From the NCBI GenBank assembly GCA_963744995.1, contig CAVUWA010000009.1, forward strand, positions 128,001 through 192,000: a stretch of 64,000 nt of DNA, read 5' to 3'. Below are positions 18,585 to 27,231 of the stretch, in pieces. Below the pieces are notes generated by a model. That model saw only the letters and a program-made list of their open reading frames with translations. It was not told the DNA's origin and ran no database searches. The DNA is from Candidatus Eiseniibacteriota bacterium (GTDB taxonomy: Bacteria > Eisenbacteria > RBG-16-71-46). Position numbers and translations under genes: made by a program. Within the stretch, counting starts at the first letter, position 1; the number at the start of each line of letters is the position of its first letter.

Positions 18585-21500
18585 TCAGTGCTCGGCGCCG
18601 GGCGCGGCGCCGCCTTCGAACGCGCCGTCCGCGGGGCGCGCGGGCGCGTGCGCCCCGCGGTGCTCGGCGCCCCTGAGCCGTGCGATCAGCCGCGCGACGT
18701 GCTGCGGCGAGCGCGTACGACGCGCGATGACCGCGTAGAGCGCGGGTACCGCGAACATCGTCAGCACCGCGGAGATCGTGACGCCGAACACGACCACGAT
18801 GCCGATCGGCTGCCGCGATTCGGCCCCGGCGCCGCCGGTAATCAGCAGGGGGATCGCACCGAACGTCGTGGCGGCGCTGGTCATCAGGATCGGCCGCAGC
18901 CGGATCACCGAGGCCTCGACGATCGCTTCGCCGAACTCGCGGCCCCGATCGCGCAGCTGGTTCGCGAACTCGACGATCAGCACGCCGTTCTTGGCCGAGA
19001 GGCCGATCAGCAGGATCGCCCCGATCTGTGTGAACACGTTGATGCTCGCTCCGTAGGCCCACAGCCCGAGCAGCGCCCCGGTGAGCGCGAGCGGTACCGT
19101 GACCATGATCACGATCGGGTGGATGAAACTCTCGAACTGCGCCGCCAGCACCAGGAACACGATCAGCAGCGCGAGGCCGAAGATCGCGTAGAGGCTGCTG
19201 CCGGTGCGCCGGAACTCGCGACTCTCGCCGTCCCAGCTGATCCGCGCCGCCGCGGGCAGCGTCTTCGTCGCCTCGCGGCCGAGGCGGTCGACGGCCTGGC
19301 CAAGGCTCACGCCGGGGTGCAGGCCGGCATCCATCGTGATCGCGCGCATGCGGTCGAAGCGCCTGAGCGTGCTCGGTGCGGCGGTCTCGGTGAGCGTCAC
19401 CAGGTTGGCGAGCGGAATCAGGTCGCCGCTCGAGCTCGAACGCACGTAGAGGTTGACGAGATCGCTCGGACTGCGCCGGTCCGCCGCCTCGCCCTGCAGG
19501 ATCACGTTGTATTCCCGCCCGCGATCCACGTACGTGGTGACGATGCGGGAGCCGAGCATCGTCTCGAGGGTACGGCCGATGCTGGCGAGGGACACGCCGA
19601 GCGTCGCGGCACGGTCGCGGTCCACGGCGATCTTCATCTGCGGCTTGCGCTCCTGGTAGTCACTGTCCACGTTCACCAGCTCGGGCATGCCGTCCATCGT
19701 GGCCTGCATCATGTCGCGCCACTGGCGCAGCTGGGCGTAGTCGGGCCCGCCGAGGACCAGTTCGACGGGGCGGCCGTCGCCGCGGATGCCGAGGCTCTGC
19801 GGGGTGACCACGTTGATGCGCACCCCCGGCAGTGCGCCGAGCTCCTCGCGTATGCGGTCCGCGACCTGCTCGGCGGATTCCCTGCGCTTGCCCCACGGCT
19901 TGAGGATCACCACGCCGCGCGCGCTGTTGACTTCGCCGGTCGAGCCGAAGCTGCCGGGCAGGCGCAGCAGCACCCGCCTGGCGGGGCCTCCATCGCTCAC
20001 CTCGGCCATCAGAATCGACTCCATCTGCCGGGCGTAACGGTCCGTGTAGTCGAAACTTGCGCCCTCGGGTGCGCGCATGGTGACGAAGAACACGCCGCGA
20101 TCCTCCTGAGGCGCGTACTCGGTGGGCAGCAGCACGAGCAGCACGCCGGCAAGCCCCATCACCACGAGGGTCCCGGCGAGGATCCGCCACGGCCGCCGCA
20201 CGGCCCGCTCGACCAGTCCGCGATAGCGGGCGGCGAGCTTCTGGAACGCCTGATCGATCACGTGCGGCAGGCCCTTGCGGGTCTCGTCGCCGCGGAACAG
20301 CTTGGAGCTCATCATCGGCGACAGCGTGAGCGCGACGAGGCTCGAGAACATCACCGCGGCGGCGAGGGTGATGCCGAACTCGTTGAACAGCCGTCCGACG
20401 TCGCCCTGAATGAACGACAGCGGCACGAATACCGAGATCAGCACGAGCGTCGTGGCGATGACCGCGAAGCCGATTTCCTTCGAGCCCTCGAGCGCCGCCA
20501 GCAGCGCCGGGCGTCCGGCCTCGACGCGCCGGTAGATGTTCTCGAGCACGATGATCGAGTCGTCCACCACCAGCCCGATCGCCAGCACCAGTCCCAGCAG
20601 CGTCAGCGTGTTGATCGTGTAGCCGAGCGCCGCCATCACCATGAACGTGGCGATCACCGAGACCGGCACGACCACGGCCGGCACCAGCGTGGCACGCAGG
20701 TTGCCGAGGAACGCGTAAATCACGACCAGCACCAGGATGATGGCGATGACCAGCGCCTTGACCACCTCGTGCATCGAGGCTTCGACGAACTCGGCGCGGT
20801 CGTAGTTCACTTCGATCTTCATGCCCTCGGGAAGGTCCGACCCCATGCGCCCGACCTCGGCCCGTACGCCGCGCGAGACATCCACGGTGTTCGCCGTCGA
20901 GAGCTGCTCGATCGACAGGGACACCGCGGGCTGGCCGTTGGTGCGGGCGATGCTGCGCTCGTTCTGTGCGCCGAGCCGCACGTCGGCGACCTGGGCGAGG
21001 CGCACGATCTGGCCGTCCGTGCCGCGCCCGACGACCAGGTTTCGGTAGTCGCTCTCGGTGGTGTAGGTGGTCTCGGTGCGCAGGGTGAACTCGCGCTGCG
21101 AGGACTCGAGCCGGCCGGCCGGCAACTCGACGTTCTCGGCACGCAGCGCGTTCTCGACGTCTGCGACCGTCACGCCGTGCGCGGCGAGCGCTTCACGATC
21201 GAGCCAGATGCGCATGGCATAACGCCGCGCGCCGGAGATCCGCACCCGCGCCACGCCCGGCACGGTCGAGAGCCGGTCCACGATGTAGCGTTCCGCGTAA
21301 TCGGTGATCTCGAGCCCGCTCATGCGGTCCGACGACACGTTGAGAAACATCACCGAGCGGGTGTCGTTGTCGACTTTGGCGATCTCGGGCGGGTCGGCGC
21401 CTTCGGGCAGATCGGCCACCACGCGCGCCACGCGGTCACGGATGTCGTTGGCGGCCTCGTCCACATTGCGGTCGAGGCTGAACTCGGCGCGGATCTCGGA

Positions 21501-21764
21501 GCGCTCGTCCTCGCTCGACGAGGTCAGCTTGACGATACCTTCGAGGCCGGCGATGCGGTCTTCGATCAACTGCGTGATCTTGGTCTCGACGACTTCGGCG
21601 GAGGCGCCGCGATAGGCCGTCTCGATCGTCACCACGGGCGGATCGATCGCCGGGTACTGGCGCACGGGCAGCCGGAACAGCGCCGCGAGGCCGAGGATCA
21701 CCAGCAGCAGCGACAGCACGGTGGCGAACACCGGCCGCCGGATCGAGACGTCGGAGATGATCAC
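18585..21764 (-). CDS. RND efflux transporter permease subunit (AcrB/MdtC-like)
   Basis: IRRPVFA, LPVRQYP, GLVVDDSIIVLENI, KNGVLIVEFANQ, RLRPILMT. Confidence 0.95.
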   Translation of the reverse strand: MIISDVSIRRPVFATVLSLLLVILGLAALFRLPVRQYPAIDPPVVTIETAYRGASAEVVETKITQLIEDRIAGLEGIVKLTSSSEDERSEIRAEFSLDRNVDEAANDIRDRVARVVADLPEGADPPEIAKVDNDTRSVMFLNVSSDRMSGLEITDYAERYIVDRLSTVPGVARVRISGARRYAMRIWLDREALAAHGVTVADVENALRAENVELPAGRLESSQREFTLRTETTYTTESDYRNLVVGRGTDGQIVRLAQVADVRLGAQNERSIARTNGQPAVSLSIEQLSTANTVDVSRGVRAEVGRMGSDLPEGMKIEVNYDRAEFVEASMHEVVKALVIAIILVLVVIYAFLGNLRATLVPAVVVPVSVIATFMVMAALGYTINTLTLLGLVLAIGLVVDDSIIVLENIYRRVEAGRPALLAALEGSKEIGFAVIATTLVLISVFVPLSFIQGDVGRLFNEFGITLAAAVMFSSLVALTLSPMMSSKLFRGDETRKGLPHVIDQAFQKLAARYRGLVERAVRRPWRILAGTLVVMGLAGVLLVLLPTEYAPQEDRGVFFVTMRAPEGASFDYTDRYARQMESILMAEVSDGGPARRVLLRLPGSFGSTGEVNSARGVVILKPWGKRRESAEQVADRIREELGALPGVRINVVTPQSLGIRGDGRPVELVLGGPDYAQLRQWRDMMQATMDGMPELVNVDSDYQERKPQMKIAVDRDRAATLGVSLASIGRTLETMLGSRIVTTYVDRGREYNVILQGEAADRRSPSDLVNLYVRSSSSGDLIPLANLVTLTETAAPSTLRRFDRMRAITMDAGLHPGVSLGQAVDRLGREATKTLPAAARISWDGESREFRRTGSSLYAIFGLALLIVFLVLAAQFESFIHPIVIMVTVPLALTGALLGLWAYGASINVFTQIGAILLIGLSAKNGVLIVEFANQLRDRGREFGEAIVEASVIRLRPILMTSAATTFGAIPLLITGGAGAESRQPIGIVVVFGVTISAVLTMFAVPALYAVIARRTRSPQHVARLIARLRGAEHRGAHAPARPADGAFEGGAAPGAEH

Positions 21765-22876
21765 CGCGGGACCTCGATCGAGCGCAGCACCTGGACGGGT
21801 TTCCCGGCGCGTGCCTTCTGCGTGCCTTCGGCGACCACCGTCTCGCCGGCGGCGAGCCCGGACACGACCTCGACCGCGCCCGGCCGGCGGCGCCCGATGT
21901 GCACCTCGCGCTTCTCGACCGCGCCATTCCCGGCGACCACGAACACGAACACGCGGCTCTGCTCCGGGACCAGTGCCTGCTCGGGAACCATCAGCGAGAC
22001 GATGTCCTCGCGCAGCAGCCGCACGCTCATGAACATGCCGGGCTTGAGGATCCCGCGCGGGTTCGGGAGGATCGCACGCACGACGACCGTGCGGCTCACC
22101 GGATCCACGCGCGTGTCCACCGAGATCACCCGGCCGCGGAACGCCGAATCCGGGTAGGCCGCACTGCGGGCCCGTATCGGCAGCCCGGAGCGCACGTGGG
22201 CGAGCGCGGTTTCCGGAACGTTGAAGTCGAGCTTCATCACGTGGGTGTCATCGAGTGTGGTGATCACGTCGTCCGGCCCGACCAGGCTGCCCAGGCTCAC
22301 GCGCCGGAGGCCGAGCCGGCCCGCGAAGGGGGCGCGCACGACCGTCTCGTCGAGGCGGGCTTCGGCGGCGTCCAGCGCGGCCTGATCACCGTCGCGGCGC
22401 GCCTTGAGCGGCTCGAGCTCGGCCTCCGACACCAGGTGGTCCTCGAACAGCTTGTGGCTGCGGTCGAAGCGCGACTGCGACTCGGCCAGTGCCGCTCTTG
22501 CCGCCGCCACCGCGGCCCGGACTTCGCTGTCGCGCAGCTCGATCAGGACGGTCCCCGCGGCGACGTGCTGGCCCTCCTCGAAGCGGATCGCCGACACCGC
22601 CTCCCTGATCTGCGGTCGGATCTCCACCGACTCGTTCGCGCGCAGCGTGCCGAGCGCTTCGACCGTGAGCGGAAACTTCATCTTCGTGGCTTTCGCCACG
22701 ATGACCCCGGGCCCGTCGGCACGCGCATCGGCCGCCGCGCCCGGGAGGGCCAGGACGGGCAGCAGGAGGAACAGGAGGAGCTGGAATGGAGAAGCGGCCA
22801 CGGGACGTCTCGGCATCATGGGGAACCACCCGATGGTGATTGGAGAAACGACCCGCGACTGTAGCACGGCCCACAC
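21761..22876 (-). CDS. RND efflux periplasmic adaptor (MFP); start uncertain, probably around 22819
   Basis: GTLRANESVEI, VRAPFAGRLG, IDTRVD-like VDTRVDPVSRT, LKPGMF, VPEQAL; overlaps the permease start. Confidence 0.92.
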   Translation of the reverse strand: MWAVLQSRVVSPITIGWFPMMPRRPVAASPFQLLLFLLLPVLALPGAAADARADGPGVIVAKATKMKFPLTVEALGTLRANESVEIRPQIREAVSAIRFEEGQHVAAGTVLIELRDSEVRAAVAAARAALAESQSRFDRSHKLFEDHLVSEAELEPLKARRDGDQAALDAAEARLDETVVRAPFAGRLGLRRVSLGSLVGPDDVITTLDDTHVMKLDFNVPETALAHVRSGLPIRARSAAYPDSAFRGRVISVDTRVDPVSRTVVVRAILPNPRGILKPGMFMSVRLLREDIVSLMVPEQALVPEQSRVFVFVVAGNGAVEKREVHIGRRRPGAVEVVSGLAAGETVVAEGTQKARAGKPVQVLRSIEVPR

Positions 22877-22999
22877 GGTCCGGCGCGCATGCGGACGGCC
22901 GTCCTGCTGTCAGCGGCCTTTACGATTTCTCGGGCCGCGCCGGCACCCGCGACGCGGGGCCCGTTCGCAAGGTTCGATGGCAGGCGGGCTTGCCGTGCG

Positions 23000-23015
23000 T
23001 GGCGCGCCGCTTGCT
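23000..23015 (+). promoter_or_regulatory. sigma54 (-24/-12) promoter candidate
   Basis: TGGCGCG-CCGC-TTGCT with exact GG-N10-GC spacing, upstream of the dioxygenase gene. Confidence 0.55.
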
Positions 23016-23134
23016 GACCTGGCTCGCTGGTGTCCGAAGTTCCGCCGATTCGGTGCAGGATGCGCCGCGGGCGCGCACCGGATGACATGGGGAGGTCAGA
23101 TCAGGGCCGCCCCGCCGCCGGCAGGAGGGATCCG

Positions 23135-23953
23135 ATGGAACTGTCGTTGCAGTACGCCGCCGTACGCTCGCGGCTGCGCACCTACCTCGGCGCGCACGAG
23201 CGCCTCCTCGACGCCTTCCGCGTGCTGCGCTGTGTGCTGGTTCAGGGACCGTGGCAGTCCTGGATGATCCGCCGCTACCGCGCGCGGCACGTGAACCCGC
23301 CGCTCGCGCTCAACGAGCGCACCCTGTTTCCGGAGCTGGACACGGCGGGCGCGGTTCGCGACCTGCGTCGCGACGCGTGCGCCCGTGGGCTCGACGTTCC
23401 AACCGGGCGCGTGGACGGGATCGCCGCATGGGCCAAAGCGACCGGCGGCAAGCGGATCGACCACCCGGAACGGGACTGCGCCGCGATCCGCGAGCTGGCC
23501 CACGATCCGGCGATCGTGGAAGTCGCCCGCGGTTACCTCGAGGCCGAGCCGGTGTTCCTCAAGAGCCAGATCTACTGGACGGTCCCGGACGGCACCGCCG
23601 TCGGCAACGCGCTGGCGGCCGCCGAGGGCGGACGTTTCCACTACGACCTCGCCGACATCCGCGCGCTCACCGTGTTCATCTACCTCACCGATGTGGACGA
23701 GCACTGCGGGCCACACGTGGTGATCCGCGGCACGCAACGGCGCCGCACGCCCGGCGAGATCCTGCGGCGCTTCATCAGCGACGAGCACGCGGCGCGCGCC
23801 TACGGCGGCCGCATCGAGATGATCACCGGTCCGCGCGGCACCGGCTGGTTCGAAGACATCACCTGCTATCACAAGCAGGCCCCCGCCGAGCGGGTGCGCG
23901 GCATGCTGTACCTGATCTACTCGCTGCACCGGCGGCCGGACACCGCGGGGTGA
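23135..23953 (+). CDS. PhyH-like Fe(II)/2-oxoglutarate-dependent dioxygenase family protein
   Basis: HxD (FHYD), FIYLTDVD..GPHVVIRGT, distal His (CYHK) and Arg; AGGAGG SD before ATG 23135. Confidence 0.75.
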   Translation: MELSLQYAAVRSRLRTYLGAHERLLDAFRVLRCVLVQGPWQSWMIRRYRARHVNPPLALNERTLFPELDTAGAVRDLRRDACARGLDVPTGRVDGIAAWAKATGGKRIDHPERDCAAIRELAHDPAIVEVARGYLEAEPVFLKSQIYWTVPDGTAVGNALAAAEGGRFHYDLADIRALTVFIYLTDVDEHCGPHVVIRGTQRRRTPGEILRRFISDEHAARAYGGRIEMITGPRGTGWFEDITCYHKQAPAERVRGMLYLIYSLHRRPDTAG

Positions 23954-24232
23954 GGAAGCCGGAGCGTCGCGGCCGGTGCATGCGGGATCCCCGCACGCCC
24001 GGCGGCGGCCCGCGGGCGGCGGCATAGGAGACCGCGGCAGCCGGCGGGCGATGCCGATGCGCATCGCGCGGCGTCGCGCGATGCCCGCCTCCCGCGCCCG
24101 GCCGCGCGGCGGTTCCCCTGCGTGTCCGGCCGCCCACGCCGACGTGTCCCGGCCGACACGGGCGCGCCGCACGCCCGGCCACGGCCCTCCTGCGCCGCAA
24201 CGGTTTGCGACGGCGCACCCATCCGTACTCAA

Positions 24233-24248
24233 CGGCACCGACGTTGCA
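24233..24248 (+). promoter_or_regulatory. sigma54 (-24/-12) promoter candidate
   Basis: CGGCACC-GACG-TTGCA, 38 nt before the ATG of the VIT-vWA gene; inverted repeats upstream at 24143-24160 and 24061-24084. Confidence 0.65.
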
Positions 24249-24285
24249 AAACCAGGCCTCCAGTCCACTTCCAAAGGAGGAGGTC

Positions 24286-26316
24286 ATGGTTCGGCTGCAC
24301 GGGGCAATCACGGGGCTGATCGCGGCGACGCTGCTGGTCGGCGGGGGCGCGGCGGGCATGGCGCGGGCGGACGAGGCGCCCGATGCGCCGGCGGCGCCGC
24401 GCGAAAAGACACTCTCGCCCTATTTCGTCGTCGACGGCGGGGAGGCGAGCGGCGCCCGCCTGCCGCTCATCGGCACCGCGGTCCACGTCGACGTCGCCGG
24501 GGCGATCGCCGACGTGATCGTGAAACAGACCTATCGCAATGACGGCACTGCGCCGATTCACGCGAAGTACGTCTTCCCGGCCTCGACCCGCGCCGCGGTC
24601 CACGGTCTCACGATGATCGTCGGGCGCGAACGGATCACGGCCGAGATCCGCGAACGGGAACGCGCGAAGGCGGAGTTCGCGGCGGCGCAGAAGGCCGGCA
24701 AGAACGCCGCGCTGCTCGAGCAGCAGCGTCCGAACGTGTTCAGCATGGACGTCGCGAACGTGATGCCCGGGCAGACGATCGAGGTGGAGCTCTCCTACAC
24801 CGAGCTGCTGGTGCCGGATGCCGGCGTGTACGAGTTCGTCTATCCGACCGTGGTCGGCCCGCGCTACTCCGGCGAGAAGGCCGGGGGCGCGCCGGATCAC
24901 GACCGCTGGATCGCCTCGCCCTATGGGCGGGAAGGGCAGAAGCCGGCGTACACCCTGAGGCTCTCGGGGACGATCGGCGCGGGGCTGCCGATCGAGGGCC
25001 TCACCTGTCCGTCGCACCCGATCCTCACGCAGTGGATCGACCCCTCGCGCGTCCACGTGACGCTGGATCCCAACGAGGCGGACGGCGGCGACCGTGACTT
25101 CGTGCTGCGCTACCGCCTGGACGGCGGCCGGATCCGCACCGGGCTGCTGCTCTACGAGGGCATCGACGAGAACTTCTTCACGCTCATGCTGCAACCGCCC
25201 CGGCGCGTGACCGAGGCCGAGGTGCCGCCGCGCGAATACGTGTTCGTAGTCGACGTCTCGGGTTCTATGAACGGCTTCCCGCTCGGCGTCTCGAAGGTGC
25301 TGCTGCGCGACCTGATCGGACAGCTGCGGCCTGCGGATTCGTTCAATCTCGTGCTGTTCGCGGGCGCTTCGGCGCTGTGGTCGCCGCGCTCGCGCCCCGC
25401 GACGCGCGCCAACGTCGACGCGGCGATTCGCCTGCTGGACGCGCAGCGGGGCGGCGGCGGCACCGAGCTGCTCGCGGCCCTGCAGCGCGCGATGGCGCTG
25501 CCCGGGAAGGCGGGCGTCTCGCGCAGCGTCATCGTGGTCACCGACGGCTACATCGGCGCCGAGCGCGCGGTGTTCGAGCACATCGACGCCCACCTCGGCG
25601 ACGCCAACGTGTTCGCGTTCGGGATCGGCAGGAGCGTCAACCGTTATCTGATCGAAGGCATCGCCCACGCCGGCCAGGGCGAGGCGTTCGTCGTGCTCGA
25701 GCCGGACGAGGCGCCGGCCATCTCCCGCCGCTTCCGCGAATACGTGGAACATCCGGTGCTCACCGACATCCGCGTTTCGTTCGAGGGGCTGGACGCGTAC
25801 GACGTCGAGCCCGCCCAGGTCCACGATCTGTTCGCGGAACGGCCGATCGTGGTGCAGGGGAAGTGGCGCGGCCAGGCGAAGGGTCGAGTCGTCGTGCGCG
25901 GCGTGTCGGGCGAGGGCCCCTTCCAGCGCACGGTCGACGTCGCCCGGGTCGAGCCCGCCGACGAGAACCGTGCGCTGCGCCAGCTGTGGGCGCGCACCCG
26001 GATCGCGCGCATCTCGGACCACGCGGCGTTCGGGGTGGGCGAGGACGATCGGGACCGGCTCGTCGATCTCGGCCTGAAGTACGGCCTGCTCACCCGGTAC
26101 ACGTCGTTCGTCGCGGTGCGCGACGTGATCGTGAACCCGGGCGGCGCGGGCGACGACGTCGACCAGCCGCTGCCGCTGCCCTCCGGCGTCTCGAATCTGG
26201 CGGTCGGGATGCGTGTGGGCGACGAGCCGCCGCTCGCTCCGCTCGCGGGCGCGCTGGCGCTCGCGCTGCTCCTCGCATGGTGGCGGCGCGACCGCGCCCG
26301 GCGGGACGCGGCGTGA
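24286..26316 (+). CDS. VIT + vWA domain protein (inter-alpha-trypsin inhibitor-like) with C-terminal exosortase sorting signal
   Basis: AAGGAGGAGG SD; signal peptide; VIT (QTYRN..YVFP..LLEQ); MIDAS DVSGSM..GGT..TDG; tail GDEP + hydrophobic helix + WRRDRARR. Confidence 0.9.
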   Translation: MVRLHGAITGLIAATLLVGGGAAGMARADEAPDAPAAPREKTLSPYFVVDGGEASGARLPLIGTAVHVDVAGAIADVIVKQTYRNDGTAPIHAKYVFPASTRAAVHGLTMIVGRERITAEIRERERAKAEFAAAQKAGKNAALLEQQRPNVFSMDVANVMPGQTIEVELSYTELLVPDAGVYEFVYPTVVGPRYSGEKAGGAPDHDRWIASPYGREGQKPAYTLRLSGTIGAGLPIEGLTCPSHPILTQWIDPSRVHVTLDPNEADGGDRDFVLRYRLDGGRIRTGLLLYEGIDENFFTLMLQPPRRVTEAEVPPREYVFVVDVSGSMNGFPLGVSKVLLRDLIGQLRPADSFNLVLFAGASALWSPRSRPATRANVDAAIRLLDAQRGGGGTELLAALQRAMALPGKAGVSRSVIVVTDGYIGAERAVFEHIDAHLGDANVFAFGIGRSVNRYLIEGIAHAGQGEAFVVLEPDEAPAISRRFREYVEHPVLTDIRVSFEGLDAYDVEPAQVHDLFAERPIVVQGKWRGQAKGRVVVRGVSGEGPFQRTVDVARVEPADENRALRQLWARTRIARISDHAAFGVGEDDRDRLVDLGLKYGLLTRYTSFVAVRDVIVNPGGAGDDVDQPLPLPSGVSNLAVGMRVGDEPPLAPLAGALALALLLAWWRRDRARRDAA

Positions 26317-26897
26317 AAGCGGCGCGAGGTCGCAGGTGGTGCGCGGGCGCTGCAGCGGGCGCCCGCGCCCGCGGCCGGCTGCGCATGGCGCTCGTCGCCG
26401 CCGCCGCACTCGGGGCCGCCGCGTGGCTCAAGCTCTACTATCACGGGGCCGACTTCGACCATCTGCGCTGGCTGATCGATCCCAGCGCGCACGCGGCGGG
26501 CGCGCTCGCTGCGGCCACGTTCGAGCTCGAGGCGCATCACGGCTGGCTCGCACGCGAAGCGCGCTTCGAGATCGTGCCGGCGTGCGCGGGGATGAACTTC
26601 CTGATCATCGCGTTCCTGAGCGTCGTCGCCGCGGGACTGCACCGCACACGGTCGCTCGGCGCCGGTGTGGCGCTGCTCGCCGCGGCGTTCGCGGCCGCAT
26701 CCGTCACGACGGTGCTCGCCAATGCCGTGCGCATCGCGATCGCGTTGCGCATGCACGAGGCGGCGCTCGCGATCGGGCCGCTGACACCCGACCGCCTGCA
26801 TCGCGCCGAAGGCGTGATCGTGTTCTTCGGCTTCCTGCTCGCGCTGTTCGCGGGCGCCGGGCGGGTCGCGCGGGGGCGGCATGCGGACGCGCGCTGA
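26313..26897 (+). CDS. xrtK: Exosortase K family transpeptidase (N-terminal/catalytic part)
   Basis: LKLYY..LRWLIDP, Cys (PACAGMNF), Arg (NAVRI), His (LHRAEG); multiple TM helices; GTGA overlap with the substrate gene (alternative ATG at 26385). Confidence 0.8.
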   Translation: MKAARGRRWCAGAAAGARARGRLRMALVAAAALGAAAWLKLYYHGADFDHLRWLIDPSAHAAGALAAATFELEAHHGWLAREARFEIVPACAGMNFLIIAFLSVVAAGLHRTRSLGAGVALLAAAFAAASVTTVLANAVRIAIALRMHEAALAIGPLTPDRLHRAEGVIVFFGFLLALFAGAGRVARGRHADAR

Positions 26898-27120
26898 GCG
26901 GCGCCGCGGCGGGGCGCGGCTCTGGATTCCATTTGCGATCTACGTGGCGGTGACGTGCGTCCTCCCGCTCGCACGGCATGCCGATCGGCGGGACGGGTTC
27001 TGGGAGCACGCGGCGATGACGCTGCTGCTGCCGGCGGCGATGATGCTGGCGTGGATCGCGGCGCGTCGCGTGCGTGCCGCGCTGCGTGAGGGTGTGCGGC
27101 GCACAGGCCGGGGGGCCTGA
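26881..27120 (+). CDS. Small two-TM membrane protein, probably the C-terminal part of exosortase K in another frame
   Basis: WIPFAIYVAVTCVLPL..GFWEHAAMTLLLP resembles the XrtK C-terminal helices as I recall them; overlaps the xrtK stop by 17 nt. Confidence 0.55.
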   Translation: MRTRAERRRGGARLWIPFAIYVAVTCVLPLARHADRRDGFWEHAAMTLLLPAAMMLAWIAARRVRAALREGVRRTGRGA

Positions 27121-27231
27121 GCGCACCTGTGCGTGCATGACGCCCGCGCCCCGGGCGGTGGGAGCGCGTTGCCGAGCGGTCCCTCGATTCCGCACGTGTG
27201 CACGCGCCCGGCCGCGGGTAGACTGGTGCGC

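Noticed and set aside
18588..22157. 1189-aa + strand ORF and similar long antisense ORFs (8958-11309, 10846-13659, 24229-26409, 38659-41586, 44941-47496)
   Set aside because: Shadow ORFs opposite well-supported genes; expected at this GC content and codon bias, with no recognisable motifs.
22978..22994. Second sigma54-like site TGGCAGGCGGGCTTGCC
   Set aside because: GG-to-GC spacing is one base too long for a -24/-12 promoter.
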